Positions 12,726 through 26,042 of a DNA stretch of 64,000 nt are shown piece by piece. The position numbers and the translations under genes are program-made. A model generated the notes under the pieces. That model worked only from the letters and a program-made list of their open reading frames with translations, was not told the origin of the DNA and did not search any database. The stretch spans positions 2,776,244-2,840,243 of the forward strand of contig NC_068989.1 in the NCBI RefSeq assembly GCF_001194135.2. The letters run 5' to 3'. This DNA is from Octopus bimaculoides (taxonomy: Eukaryota). Position 1 is the first letter of the stretch. The number at the start of each line of letters is the position of its first letter.

Positions 12726-13770
12726 AGAAGATAAGTCCAGCCCCTCCAGAGTCAAAATCACCGCCAAAAAATTTCTTTTTTGAATTTATGTTAAAAATAT
12801 TTATTATTATTATTATTATTATTATTAATAATAATAATTCTGGACAATGTACCACATGTGCTTACGTTTCCCTAAAATATTTTTTCTTTGTTTCATATAT
12901 TTCATAAAATGTCCTAATTTTTTTAATTTTTACTTGTTTTAGTCACTGGACTGCGACCATGCTGGGGCACTACCTTGAAGTGTTTAGTCAAAGAAATCGA
13001 CCCCAGGACTTATTCTCTTAGTCTCTTTTGCCAAACCACTAAGTTACATGGATGTAAATAAACCAATACTGATTGTCAAGCAGNNNNNNNNNNGGGGGGT
13101 GACAAACACACACAGAGTTTTCCTCAGTTTCCATCTACCAAATTAACTCACAAGGCATTGGTCAGCCCAGAGCCAGAATAAAAGACACTTGGTCAAAAAT
13201 GTTACACAGTGGGGGATTGAACAAGAAACCCTGTAGCTGCAAAGCAAGTTGCTTAACCACATGGCCATGCCTCATAACATGAGAAGATGCAAGTGCTAGC
13301 ATTATCTCCCTTGTAACACTTAAACCCCCTGTTGTGACTATTAACAGTAAACCTTAACACAAGCCCTGTGAATGGATTTGGTAGACAGAAATTGAAAGAA
13401 GCCCATCATATATATATACATATATATAGATAGATATTGTTGCTATTATGCAAAAGTGTCTTAAGTCCAAAATATTGCTTTTTTACCATTCCATTTCTTT
13501 TTACATTCAGCTTTGTTGGGTGCATAAAACCGCAACACCATGCATGTACAATATTTTCAGTCAGAAATATTTTTGTAAAACTGTCGTATGTGAGACTTAC
13601 TACATTTTTGAAAGATGCTAAACTGTTCTGCTACACTTTGACAATTCTCATATCTTGGCATCTGAAGCAGCTGGAGATACAATATTTTGAGCAAAAGAAC
13701 TGGCAATTGCAAGCATTTGGCCAAATTTGGACATATGGCAGTTTAACAGAATAGCAACGATATATATTTG

Positions 13771-13948
13771 ATTAATAAGAGAGACAGAAGATGGAAGATA
13801 CGAGAATCTTTATTGATCACAACAATTGTTTTAACCCATCTAGCATCGATCTCTTGTGTGTGGGATACTGAACAGCTGGTGCGATGGGTCAAAACAACTG
13901 TAGTGATCAATAAAGATTCTTATATCTTCCATCTCTCTCTCATTAATT
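13771..13948. mobile_element. Degenerate fold-back element, ~70-bp arms
   Basis: gatggaagatacgagaatctttattgatcac / gtgatcaataaagattcttatatcttccatc inverted match. Confidence 0.75.
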
Positions 13949-14246
13949 AAATCCCTAAAAAACACTAAGCCAGTGAACATGCTTTACCGGCAAACCACCG
14001 GACGCATACCATACACTTTTTTAATGATTAATAATATCTGTTTGTCCCCACATCACTGCTTGACAACCGGTGTTGGTGTTTATGTCCCCATAACTTAGTG
14101 GTCCAGCAAAAGAAACCAACAGAATAAATACTAGGCTTAAAAATAAGTCCTGGGGTTGATTTGTTCAGTTAAAACACTCAAAGGCAATGCAGCAATCAAA
14201 TGACTGAAATGAATTGCTGTAGAGTAGATGGTACAAAAACAACTAG

Positions 14247-14442
14247 CACTCCGTCAGTTATGGCAATGAGTGCTCCAGCTGATCCGATCAACGGAACAGC
14301 CTGCTTGTGAAATTAACATGCAAGTGGCTGAGTACTCCACAGACACGTGTACCCTTAACGTAGTTCTCAGGGAGATTCAGTGTGACAAGGCTGGCCCCTT
14401 TTGAATTACAGGTACTACTCATTTTTGCCAGCTGAGCGGACT
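14247..14442 (-). mobile_element. SINE family A 3' fragment
   Basis: ctccgtcagtt...cacgtgtacccttaacgtagttctc tail shared with 11322 and 23955. Confidence 0.8.
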
Positions 14443-14939
14443 GAAACAACAGGTAATACAAGAACAGGTGTAATATTACAATTAACCCTCTTGTATTTAA
14501 ACCTGCCAAAATAGTCTACCTGCTTTATATTCAAACTGGCCAAATCCTGCCTCTCACACCTACCCTACACTGTTGGTGTAAAAATAAACAATCACATCAC
14601 CAAAATCTCAAAGCTACAAGATAATGCATGGTTAATTCAAAACAATGTGAATTAATAAGCATTTGATAGAATAATCTGAATGCCAAAGGGTTGCACCTCC
14701 TTTACATCCTAAACAATCCAAGCTGAGGAGAACAAATACCCTACACATACCTGACTATGACAACCACATGATAAACTATCCATTAATTACCCTCTTATAA
14801 CCTATCTATCATTATAACAGTAACAGATTTCATAAACACCAGTAGAACCCTTTCCACTGAGTACAGAATTAAACTTCAACAACACCATCTCTCTTCTCAG
14901 CATCACTAATTACAACAAACCACCACAAGCAGCTGTCAA

Positions 14940-15240
14940 AGGGTAAATAAGAGACTTGGAGACGGATCTACAGCTAGAACTGAACCAGAAGCAGATTAAA
15001 ACTGAAATGAAGAGATATTTTAGGGTTATATAAAGTAATAGGCACACAAGGGCAGGGAAAGGTGTTAGGCTTAATGTCAACAACAGAATGAGACGACAAT
15101 CTCACATTGCACAAAAATGGGAGAATCTGCATTGTTGCTTGACATGCTAGAATAAGTACCAAAACATCCTTCAAATAGCACCCAACTGTCTTGAAGAAAG
15201 GACACACTGGATAATGTAATCCTAGAACAGTTTTCACCAT
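14940..15240 (+). mobile_element. Highly decayed RTE/L2-type LINE C-terminal remnant
   Basis: NRMRRQSHIAQ-MGE resembles the RLRWAGHIARM motif; many stops. Confidence 0.35.
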
Positions 15241-16152
15241 ACGTCCATCAAGCTTGTTCTAGAAAAAACAAGGTATTTTGTCCAACAATTTTACAAAAGC
15301 TTGTTTTTGATGAGTAAGTCAAGCACAATACCACACATTTGAGAGGAACAGTATGGTCTCTTTAATTGCCACCACCCACCCGTATTTAAATTGAAGGGGT
15401 GTGACCTAGTGGTTAGGGTGTTGCACTCATGATCTCATGGTCATGGTTTCGAATCCCAGACTGGGCAGTGTGTTGTGTTCTGAAGCAAAGCACCAGTTCG
15501 TTCAGAGGTAAATGAGTAACCCTGCAACAGGCTAGCATCCTATCCAGAGTCAATGTTGTGATCTTCACCACTTACACACCATGGAAACCCAGTAATTGGC
15601 CTGATGAGGCACAGGACTTGAGACAGGAATGGCCAGAGGTTGTTGATGTTGATGAACATTTAAAATGGTCCTCATTTTAATGATCCCAAAAATGAATTTT
15701 TTTTTCTTAGATAGGAACAAAGCTAGAAACTGCAAAAGATGGTTAGTCAATTCAACCGACTTCAGTTTTTAACTGGCACTCTACCGGTCCTCCAAATCAG
15801 CAGGATTTGAACTAAGAACATAATGAGTGCCACTGAATACCATAAGACATTTTAACACAAAACAAAACCATCGAGATTTAATGTAAAGTGACAGAACTAA
15901 ATATTGTAGAGCAACTTCCCTCATATTCTAACAATTCTGCTATTATCCACAATTCTATTAATCAGTGATATTGGAACCATCTCAGAAATATTAAAGGAGA
16001 ACATTTAATTAAACTGACTCCAGTGTCTGACACCTATTTATTTTTAACAGCCCTGAAAAAGACACAAGACAGTTTGCAACGTAAAGGGACATAACTAAAT
16101 GGCGTCAAAGCATTTGTCAGGAGCTGTACCGATTCTGTAATATAATAATAGT

Positions 16153-16321
16153 TTCAAGTTGTGCCACAAAGGCAGCAATTTGGTGGGGGGGGGGAGGTCG
16201 TGAGTCAATTAGATCGACCCTCCGTGTGCAACTGGTACTTATTTCATCGACCTCGGCGGAATTTGAACTCAGAACGTAGCGACGGGCGAAATACTGCTAA
16301 CGATTCTGCCAGCTCGCCACC

Positions 16322-16353
<32 letters not shown>

Positions 16354-16690
16354 CCTTTCTCCTATAGGCACAAGGCCAGCAATTTTGAGAGGAGAAAGAA
16401 ATCGATTACATCGACTCCAGTACATGACTGGTACATTATTCTTTTCGACCCCAAAGGATGAAAGGCAAAATTGACTTAGGTGAGACTTGAACACAGAACA
16501 TAAAAAAGAATGTAGGAAATGTTGCAAAGCATTTTTCCGATGCTCTAACAATTCTGCCAGCCTTCTGTCTGAATATGAATGGTTTCAAATGTTGGCACAA
16601 AACCAGAAATTGGGGGGGAAGGACAGGTCAGTTACACCGGCCCTAGTACTCTCAACTGGTACAGGTTTTATCGACCCTGAAAGAATAAAA
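16153..16690 (-). mobile_element. Three tandem family-B SINE copies and fragments
   Basis: Same diagnostic motifs at 16153, 16355 and 16580, separated by (AAT)n. Confidence 0.85.
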
Positions 16691-17517
16691 AAGGAAGTCT
16701 TTTTTGAAAGACGGTGTTGTGTGATTTGGCTGTTATTTCTAGGAGAACGAACATCCGTCGTTGTTAACTCGACCTCATAGTTGAGAACTATGGCTGTAGT
16801 CTTTACATAAACCAATACCTGCCCCCAGAAACAATACAATATCCCCGTCAAAGAAGTTTCTAAATACTAATATTTCTACGAGTAAGTGAAACGAAACTGA
16901 ATGGCACTCCTAGTTTTATAAAGAACATAAGCGACACACAAGAGCAGAACGGAAATCTAAATAGTAGTGGCCGAAAAACGAAACCAGGACTTTATCGGAT
17001 TCATTATCTATTTGACAACATAATTTCTATGTCCCAGTCATAAATAACCACTCATATATATATAATATGTAAAATAAAAATTTCAGACAGTGTAATAGAG
17101 AACGAGTTTATGGGTAAAACGACAGAGAATGACTAGTGATGTCAATAGAATATTATAATGGTTGTGACTATGAATCGAAAGTCAACGGAAGTTATTAACT
17201 TCATCGGGAGCTGCTTTCAGACAATATTTTTATGAAATAATTATTTATGCCTTGTTAAATAAATAAAGAAAAAACAATTACTGCATCAAAGAAATTTTAG
17301 AAATCATTATTAAATGAGAAAGAAGTTGAGAAAATAGTTAAACTTGGTAAATTGGGAGTGCTTCTATAATTTCTTTTGTTGTTAAATCTGACCTAAATTT
17401 ATTTCTAAAACCAAAAACAAATAAAGCTTCATAAAACAACATCTACTAATTGTTGAAGTTACCGAGCTGAAACTTTCCTATTTGTTTGTGTGTGTGTGTA
17501 CATATATATACATATAT

Positions 17518-17560
<43 letters not shown>

Positions 17561-20500
17561 GTTTTCTGAAAAGTTATATAATCACTAGCAATAAGCAGAG
17601 TTCGACCGAATTAATACCCAAAAAATACCATGTATCGAGAATGTTTGGTAAATTTTCAATTTACCGAATCTTTTCCCCACTTTGTACACTCAAACATTAT
17701 ATACAATACACACACACACACACACATATAGATATATACACACATATATATAGACAAACACACAAATTTTGAAAATAAAATCCAGAATGCAAAATCTAAA
17801 TGTTTTAGTTTTAATGTATATTATTTTATAGTGTGGTGTAATGAAATGAATTCTCGATGTATTTTGTGTTGTTTAAGTCTTAACTTTTGAAAAAAAAATT
17901 TCCCTCTGAAAAAAAAAACAGAAACAAAGGAGTGAAAAAAACCTCTAAAGATTAACCGTCTTATTTACCATCTTTATCCATCTCAGAATTTGATAATTCT
18001 TCGTTTGTCTGAGTGATTCATTAACTGTATATATGATCAGAGGAATAGTTACAGAATAATAAGTTATTTAATAATTGAAAATAATGGAGAAAGAAAGAGG
18101 GGAAAATACGATGTAAAAAATTGCCAGTAAAGTTTCCGTCTTGTTTCGTAAATGGATTTCTAGGTCGATCTAATATATAAAAACCATACAAGGAACAGTT
18201 AAATAAAGGTTTATTTTGCGGCGATGATGACTAAAACTCTATAAACAAAACGAAATAAAACAAATGTCATATAGAGTATTTATTATTCGGAATCTAGAAC
18301 AAATTCTAGAAGAGATTTTTAGAAATGAGACAAGAGAAAAGATGTCTGAAGTGGAAGGAGAGAAAGAACTAAAGCGGGAATAGAAGTCTTTTAAGGGTGA
18401 AGTTTTATGGTTCTTTAGCTTTGCTTCGTCTGGCCTTGACCGGGCATCGTTTTGATGAATGATTTTGATTTTATTGGGGGGAAATAACGAAGAGCCTATT
18501 GTTTATTTATCAATAAACAGGCAGAAAAGTAAATATGTGCCAGACATGCAGGTAGAATGAAAATCGATGACTGGTGTTTTGAGATTAATGGAAAATAGGA
18601 CGAGGAAGCCTCTACATGAACGTTCGATCTGTTAGAAATAACAACCAAATCCCACGCTAAATTACACTCTCCTGTTTAAAATAAGGAGCACGTTGGATAA
18701 TGTAGGCCTAGATATAAAATCTACAAGATGGTCATGGTTGGAACGGTTTTGATCATAGCTTTGCTCGATCAAAGCTGACCTGCGATTTAACCTTATAATA
18801 ACTCGAACCGCCACACGGTCGTTCCAGCGGCTGGAAATAGCAACCAAACCACCCGACAATACCCACATACTGTCATAAATATACATCGAACAATGTAGGG
18901 AACGTCACGGTTAGAACGTCTATTAATAAATACAATACATATGCTCAAGATTTATGAGATTATTAAAGATTATCACACCCACAGCATGGTTACCAAGAAC
19001 ATTACCGAAATATAACAGATACTAAATACTGGTCGTTAATTATTATCATAATTGAATTTCATAATGAAAAGGGGACAAGGGGTATTTAAAGCAAAAGACG
19101 ACGTGAACCGAACATTATTACAACTGGAACAAATAATAATTATGATATTAATACGATATTAAATAAGGTCTAGATACGAGACAAATGGAGTTTAACAGAG
19201 GAATATGGCAGCGAATGGGATCCGTATTTCTTGGCAGAATAATAAAACAGAGTATATATATAAATATATATGTTACAGAAATTATATATAGATGGCTATA
19301 GTGTTTAATAATCAGGCCCGCCGGTTTAAATCTATTGTTGCATGGCATCATTCATCTTCGTCAAGAGTCCAAGCATTCTAGAAAAACCTGGAGATGATTC
19401 TGTAATTGTAATTCAAATAAATGACCAGCCTGGTCAAAAATTGTGTCACCAAGATTGTCTGGGAAATTATAAATTGGAGATAACGGTCTCCGTGGAATAT
19501 TCAGCCACTTAGACTAAATAATTCAATACATATTCAGGCAATGTAACAACTGAAATACCTATCGCCATACATAAGTAAATATATACATGAATATATGGAC
19601 ATAAATAATACACTTATACATACAATATGCGTGTGTGTAAATGATAAACCAAGCTGAATTTAGTGAAATTTATAAAGTTAAATCTACTTCTAACTTATAT
19701 ACACACACACATAAAAAAAATTCTGTTCCATTTATACACACTCACATTCAGGTATGAACAATAGAAACTATTATTTAAAAGGAAATTTACGATAAAACGG
19801 TATTTAGCAGGAAAAAAAGGCGAACTAATAACCATTATTAATTAAAAATTAACGAAAATTTTATATAAGCTAGCTATATATATATATATATTGTTGTACT
19901 TGGGGATGGTCATGTTGCCAGTTTAGCCAATAATTTATTTTCTCTTAGTTAATAATTAACTCGGACAAAATAAATTGGTTAAAAGATACCAGGGTAGCAA
20001 AAATCACAATNNNNNNNNNNNNNNNNNNNNNNNNNNNNNNNNNNNNNNNNNNNNNNNNNNNNNNNNNNNNNNNNNNNNNNNNNNNNNNNNNNNNNNNNNN
20101 NNNNNNNNNNNNNNNNNNNNNNNNNNNNNNNNNNNNNNNNNNNNNNNNNNNNNNNNNNNNNNNNNNNNNNNNNNATATATATATATATATATAATGTTAT
20201 ATATACAGACACACACGTGTATTACAACCGTCTTTAATCAGGGGCAAATTTTACAATCATTAAGAGTTATGAGCTAATTAACCAAAAATTAAAAATCCAA
20301 ATTAAGAGGGAACAGAAAGGAAATATTAAGTATTCAATATATGCCGAATAACTTCCTTAAAATATAACCCAAAATAAAATTTATTCCTTTAATAAATGAT
20401 TTAATATCAATATCCTAAAAAATAATAATAATTAATAAACAGGGAACCGGTTGAGATTGTTGGATGTAAGCATTTAATTTCATGCTAAAGGCATCGAATC

Positions 20501-21934
20501 TATCCACCCTTTGTAAAATCATGACCTTGAATGTAAAAGTATTAATGGTCAGAATAATTGTAGCATAAAAATCCATCCACCATTATTATTATTATTATTA
20601 TTATTGTCAGCATCCCTCGCCACACCTCGTTGCATGATTGTAATTCAAATCTTATATAATAATAGAGACGATCTTCACCACTCACACACACACACACATC
20701 CACCCATTATTTCATCCTTCAAGAGATTCCTCCTGCCACAATAAGAATGTGTTAGAAAGTGTAAGAGAGGGGGGAGACAGGGACGTGTGTGTATATATAT
20801 ATATATATACACGGTGTGTGTGTGTAATATGAGTGTTTAATAATGTCGGGGGGGATTATTACGGATGGCTGGGAGAGAGAAAGAGTAAAAGAGAAGACAA
20901 AAGACGTAGATAGATAGGTAGATATATACATAGAGCGGGGGGGAAATAATTGAAAGTGAGAGAAACGGAGTTTGAGGAGGGGGGGAGGATTTAAAAAATA
21001 GAGTGATAAGATTATATGAAAATGGGGAGGGGATGGAGGGAGAAGGAGAAAGATATAGAGTTATAGAAGGAGGGGGGGAGAGAGATAGATAAAAATACGA
21101 AAGCACAGAGATAGTATATGAAAGTATGAGACAAATTATGAAATAGAATCTAATTTTATATAATTAAAAAAAAGAAACAAATATATATATTAGATATATA
21201 TATATATGTAATTTTATATAGGATACTGTGAAAATAAATAGATAAATTTAAATTAAAAAATACATAAATAAAAATTATTTGAAAAAATCATTAAAAAAAA
21301 ATAGATATGATGAGTGTGCGAGTGTGATTTTTTGTAACAACCTTCAATTCCTTCTTCCTCTTCGGCTCCGCTCGTTGTCCAGATACCATCGCAGACAAAA
21401 AGGGATTTTTTCCTCGTCGTATATAAAAGATGTCGCGTAGCCTTGCCTTGATTTTTCCCCACGTCTTAAATAACTTATATCTGTCTATGTGTGTCTATAA
21501 TATGTCAGACTGTCTCTCTCTCCTTCTCTCTCGCCCTCTTTCTCTCTCTGATTGACCGTATCTTTCTCCCCCTCTCTCTGTATCTATCTACATATCTGTG
21601 TCGCCCTCTCTCCCTGTCAGTAAGGGGTCTCTCTCTCTTTATAAATATATCTCTCTCTCACTCTCTCTCTATGCGAGACAGTCCTTCACTTTCCTTCTCT
21701 CTCTGCGAGGCCTTTCTCTTTCCCTTTATGCAGGTTTCTGTCTCTCCGTCTCTCTCTCTCTCTCTCCCCCTCTCTCTGTCTGCTTCTTCTTCTTCTTCTT
21801 CAACTTCGTCTGTGGTTCTTCCTTCCTTCCTTCCTTCCTTCCTTCCTTCCTTCTTCTGGCTTGGCACAAACCGAGTTCCAAACGCACCACCCACTTGCAA
21901 ACCCTGATTACATATGTAATATATTATTACTTAC

Positions 21935-22078
21935 TGGATATCCTGATGGCGAAAATGACCGCATTGGTGGCGGGCCCTGAGGGGCATAGCGCTGCTGCTG
22001 CTGCTGCTGCTGCTGCTGTAGCGGCGGCGGCGGCGGCGGTGGCGGCTGTGGTTGCATAGTCATCTGATGATGTTGCAT
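21935..22078 (-). CDS. First coding exon of an unidentified gene: MQHHQMTMQPQPPPPPPPPLQQQQQQQQQRYAPQGPPPMRSFSPSGYP (48 codons, phase 0)
   Basis: ATG in gcgaggATGC context after an ATG-free ~250-nt purine/CAG-rich leader; consensus donor CCA|gtaagt at 21935/21934; CpG-rich promoter directly upstream. Confidence 0.7.
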
Positions 22079-22319
22079 CCTCGCTCTCTCTTTGCTTTCT
22101 TTTTTCTTTTTTCTGTTAATTTTGAACCACTTCTCTGCTCTTCTCTCTTTCTCTCTCTCTCGCTCTCGCTCTTTCTCTCCTTGTCTGTTGTATTCTGTCC
22201 CTTTACTCCCGCCGCTTACCACTTCTCTACTACTGCTGGTGCTACTACTACTGCTGTTGTACTGCTGCTGCTGCTACTACTGCTGTTGTTGATGCTGCTG
22301 CTGCTGTTCCTGCTCCCGG

Positions 22320-22455
22320 CGCAATTCAATCTCGCGAGATTTTCGCCCCGGTTTCCGGGCGAGAGCTGCATAATAATTACAGAAGGATACAGCAGCAACA
22401 TTAGCCTCGTTCTCACCAACAGAAGAAAAAGAAAAAAAGGGGGGGCGGAGTAAAG
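22320..22455 (-). promoter_or_regulatory. CpG-rich promoter of the minus-strand polyP/polyQ gene
   Basis: Palindrome AATCTCGCGAGATT (22328-22341), GC box GGGGCGGAG (22442-22450), CCGGAAA ETS-like site and dense CpGs. Confidence 0.65.
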
Positions 22456-23954
22456 ACAATTAAGCTCCACCCATTTTTTTCTTTTCTTTTCTTGATTATT
22501 CTCTTTCTCTTCCTTCCTTTTTAGATTCCTTCACTCACTTACTTACCTTCTTTCTTTTCCCCTCTCTCACATGCCCTTACTCTCTCTATCTTCTACATCA
22601 TTTCACCTTCCCTCGTGGCTTGGAGTTTCTTCCTTATGTCTGGCTGCAGAATCTCTGAGATGCCATGCTGCTGGTTCCGTTGCATTCGTCCATTTCTAAG
22701 TCTTCGTTTCTTCTTTCACTTCTTTTCTTTTCAGAGTTTACTATTCTTTTTACTATCTTAAACGATTTCCTCATATTTTTAACGATAACCAGTTTGGAGT
22801 TTACAAAATTGGAAACTATTTCTGCAAACGAATTTTGGTTTTGATTCTTTTTTATTGATGCATGTAATAATACAATAACGCAAGTTACTCGAGAAAAGTC
22901 CGATTTTAGTGTAAAAATTCGGAGTATACTCTAAATTATCTGAAGATTTACCTGGAGTCTTACATTCTATGCAAGAGAGGCATAAAGAGTTGCGTAACGG
23001 CAACTCTCGTTCGCTAAAGTTGGTCAGCATATGCATTTGGTGGAGCAGAATTTGGTGTAGAATCGTAATTTTTACTCAGATAAAAAGATAGTAGACCATG
23101 AGACTGCATGAAGTAAAATTCTTTCGAATCTCTTTTACTCTTTTACTTGTTTCAGTCATTTGACTGTGGCCATGCTGGAGCACCACCTTATTGTTAAATA
23201 TATTTCTATTGATCACCTGGAGAATTATAGCACTAGGATGTCCACTTGAAGAATCGTTACTCCTGGCCTGTTCCACCTGGAACCGTTACCCACCTCAGTT
23301 TTACGCCACCAGTAGAATCGTCACACCACCAACAGCTTGCTTCTCTTAAAGAATTGTCACTACAGCCTACTTCATCTGAAGAATTGCCAGCCTAATTTGT
23401 TCCACCGGAAAAATTGTCACCCCGGTCTGTTCCACCCCAGTCCACAGGGAATATAATTATTCAGTAACATAAATCTATTCATTTATGCTATGCATCTTGA
23501 TTGTAAAATCTGAAGGAAAATAAACAGTAATAATATTTACACTGTGTTCCATAATTAACCGAAACAACATTATCTGATACGTGAGTTATGATAGTGACGA
23601 TATTGTTGTTATTGTTATTTAACCCCAGCCTTGATCAAAGGCATTTTGCCTGTAACCAGGTCTGGTTATCAAGAACTATAATCCAATGTTACGGATGGAT
23701 TCCAAACGGTATGATGTGTTAATTGAGGGAAATTTGTCTCCTATTTCTAGCAAGGCAAGTGACTGCATAAAAGTTCCCTTGATTGGTGGTTGTATTAATG
23801 GTAACTTATGATTCAAACCCTTTATTTTTTTTTTTTTTAATGAAGATCAGTGGTTCTCAACTAGAGTCCATAGGACCCTTTAGGGCTCCACATAAGATTT
23901 TGTTAAAATTTATCAGCAATAAATTACTTATGCTTCTGCAATACACAAAAGATT

Positions 23955-24322
23955 GTGGAGGCGCAATGGCCCAGTGGTTAGGGCAGCGGACTTGCGGTTT
24001 CGATTCCCAGACCGGGCGTTGTGAGTGTTTACTGAGCGAAAATACATGAAGCTCCACGAGGCTCCGGCAGAGGGTGGTGGCGAACCCTGCTGTACTCTTT
24101 CACCACAACTTTCTCTCACTCTTACTTCCTGTTTCTGTTGTGCCTGTAATTCAAAGGGTCAACCTTATCACACTCTGTGTCACACTGAATATCCCCCGAG
24201 AACTACGTTAAGGGTACACGTGTCTGTGGAGTGCTCAGCCACTTGCACGTTAATTTCACGAGCAGGCTGTTCTGTTGATCAGATCAACTGGAACCCTCGT
24301 CGTCGTAAGCGACGGAATGCCA
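23955..24322 (+). mobile_element. tRNA-derived SINE (family A), near full length, CpG-intact copy
   Basis: A box TGGCCCAGTGG, B box TTCGATTCC; body and tail shared with the copies at 26043, 11322 and 14247. Confidence 0.9.
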
Positions 24323-24394
24323 CGACGACACAATATTTTAACAGCTTTTCGTTGGAAATGTGATGGTACCATCTAATGTTCTTGGTGGTCCCCA

Positions 24395-25260
24395 GGGCTC
24401 TGCCACCGAAAACGTCGATCCTTTTTGCCAAGGTCTTCGTTAGTGGGGGGGGGGACGTTTCCACTCCACAGAGAAGAACGGAGAGGACCGATGCATTGTA
24501 GATAATGTATTACCCGCCTTTTCCCCGACAATGTTCAGGAATATCACCTGATTCTTATAAAAGCAATGATATTTAGATTCTAAGGAGAGAAACTTCAGTC
24601 TGTTGAATCTTTGTCAGTTGACTTCTCTAACTTAAGCCAGACGTCTTCGTATTCCACAAATCACATATTTGTACATACATGCTGCACCGTTGGTTTTTTT
24701 TTTCCGGAGTTTCCATGAATGTTCTTTGGACATCGTAAGGCAGAACAGCGTTGAGTTTTGTTTTATGTCTTCATTTAACTGGCTGATTCTTCAACTCCAT
24801 CGAAGACCAATTCATCAGCTTTTTCAGAATCTGACGCAGTGCTGGATTATCATCAACCCTATTAAGTGCTATTTTGGGGAATTCTTTCCTTGACTCTTCT
24901 CTGTGATTTCATCAATGGTGACGGGACCCGATTACTCAGCTCTTGTATCACTTTGTCAGCTGAAGGAATTTCTGGGACTGGTCAACTTTTAGCGGTGTTT
25001 TATTCCCCTTTGTACTTGTGACAGGAACATTGACAGCGTTCGTAAACACCGTCTCTCTACATACGAACTGAACTTGATTCATTCCATTCAGACATAAAAT
25101 CAAGTTTAAACTATCCAAACATGACTTTGTCAGGGACTGATGAAGTCGACAAACAATTAGCCATTTAGGTCTCTGGTGGAAATATGAATAACGTTTTTTT
25201 ATCAGTGGATTCGCTGACCGACGAAAACACAACAGACCCAGCAGATTCTCAACTCATTAA
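24395..25260 (+). mobile_element. Decayed Ty3/Gypsy LTR-retrotransposon reverse-transcriptase fragment
   Basis: Frameshifted translation segments PLH../KNGEDRCIVD, FQNLTQCWIIINPIKCYFG and QLKEFLGLVNF*RCFIPLC match Gypsy RT motifs; stops and frameshifts; no LTRs seen. Confidence 0.85.
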
Positions 25261-26042
25261 AATCCAGTTGTTTCAATTTTAGGGGATAAATAATATATTG
25301 GAATGTCAGTAATATTTCCCCGTAGCCTGACACGTTTTTTCGTGCAAGGCGCTCGAAACGGACAACTATGCTTTTATGATGTACATTTACCACATGTCAA
25401 CACATACACACATGCACGCGCGCACACACAGTTTCATCACCATCATCATCCTTTAACGTCTGTTTTCCATGCAGGCATGGGTTGATCCTTTCAAAAGGCT
25501 TTGGTCAACCTGGGTCTATAGTAGAAAATACTCATCCAAGGTGCCACACGCATTAATAAATCAAGTTATATCCATGGCAGGTTCAACTGACACCCATCCA
25601 AGCTTTCAATGGTTCTCCATTATTATTAATAGCACTGCGCAACAGGTTGTAAGCTGTTTGTCTGGTTGAAGGGTGGGAAAAATCACTGTTAAAGTTCCTG
25701 TTACCAAAACTTTCAAAAGCAGTAGTTCTCAACCATTTTAATAACTGGGTCAGATCCAAAACCTGGATTTTTTTCAGTGGGCCTCACCAAAAAAATAAAT
25801 AAATAAATAAAAAAGAAGTAAAACAAGGCAATTAAAGAAACATTTATTATGTTTAATGGGAGAAGACCATTGAGGGCTGCTAGAAGACTGCTTGAAGGGC
25901 CGTGGATGAGAACTGCTGTTCTATAGAGTCAATCAATGCAAGTGTGAAATATTGCTATAAATCTAATCATAAGTAATGTTAAAACATCTTTTAATTTTCA
26001 ATTGACACCAATTCTTAACTCTTACTAGTTTTGTTTTTTTCT

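Noticed and set aside
12866-12871. 6-nt microexon ttttag|GGAAAC|gtaagc
   Set aside because: Upstream tract is purine-rich; likely chance
21935-22078. Assigning the symbol SMARCD
   Set aside because: Only low-complexity similarity and a recalled synteny hint; no SWIB or core exon found in the window
21598-22453. Plus-strand polyAla/polyLeu/polySer ORFs
   Set aside because: Antisense shadows of (CAG)/(CCG)/(GA) repeats of the minus-strand exon and leader
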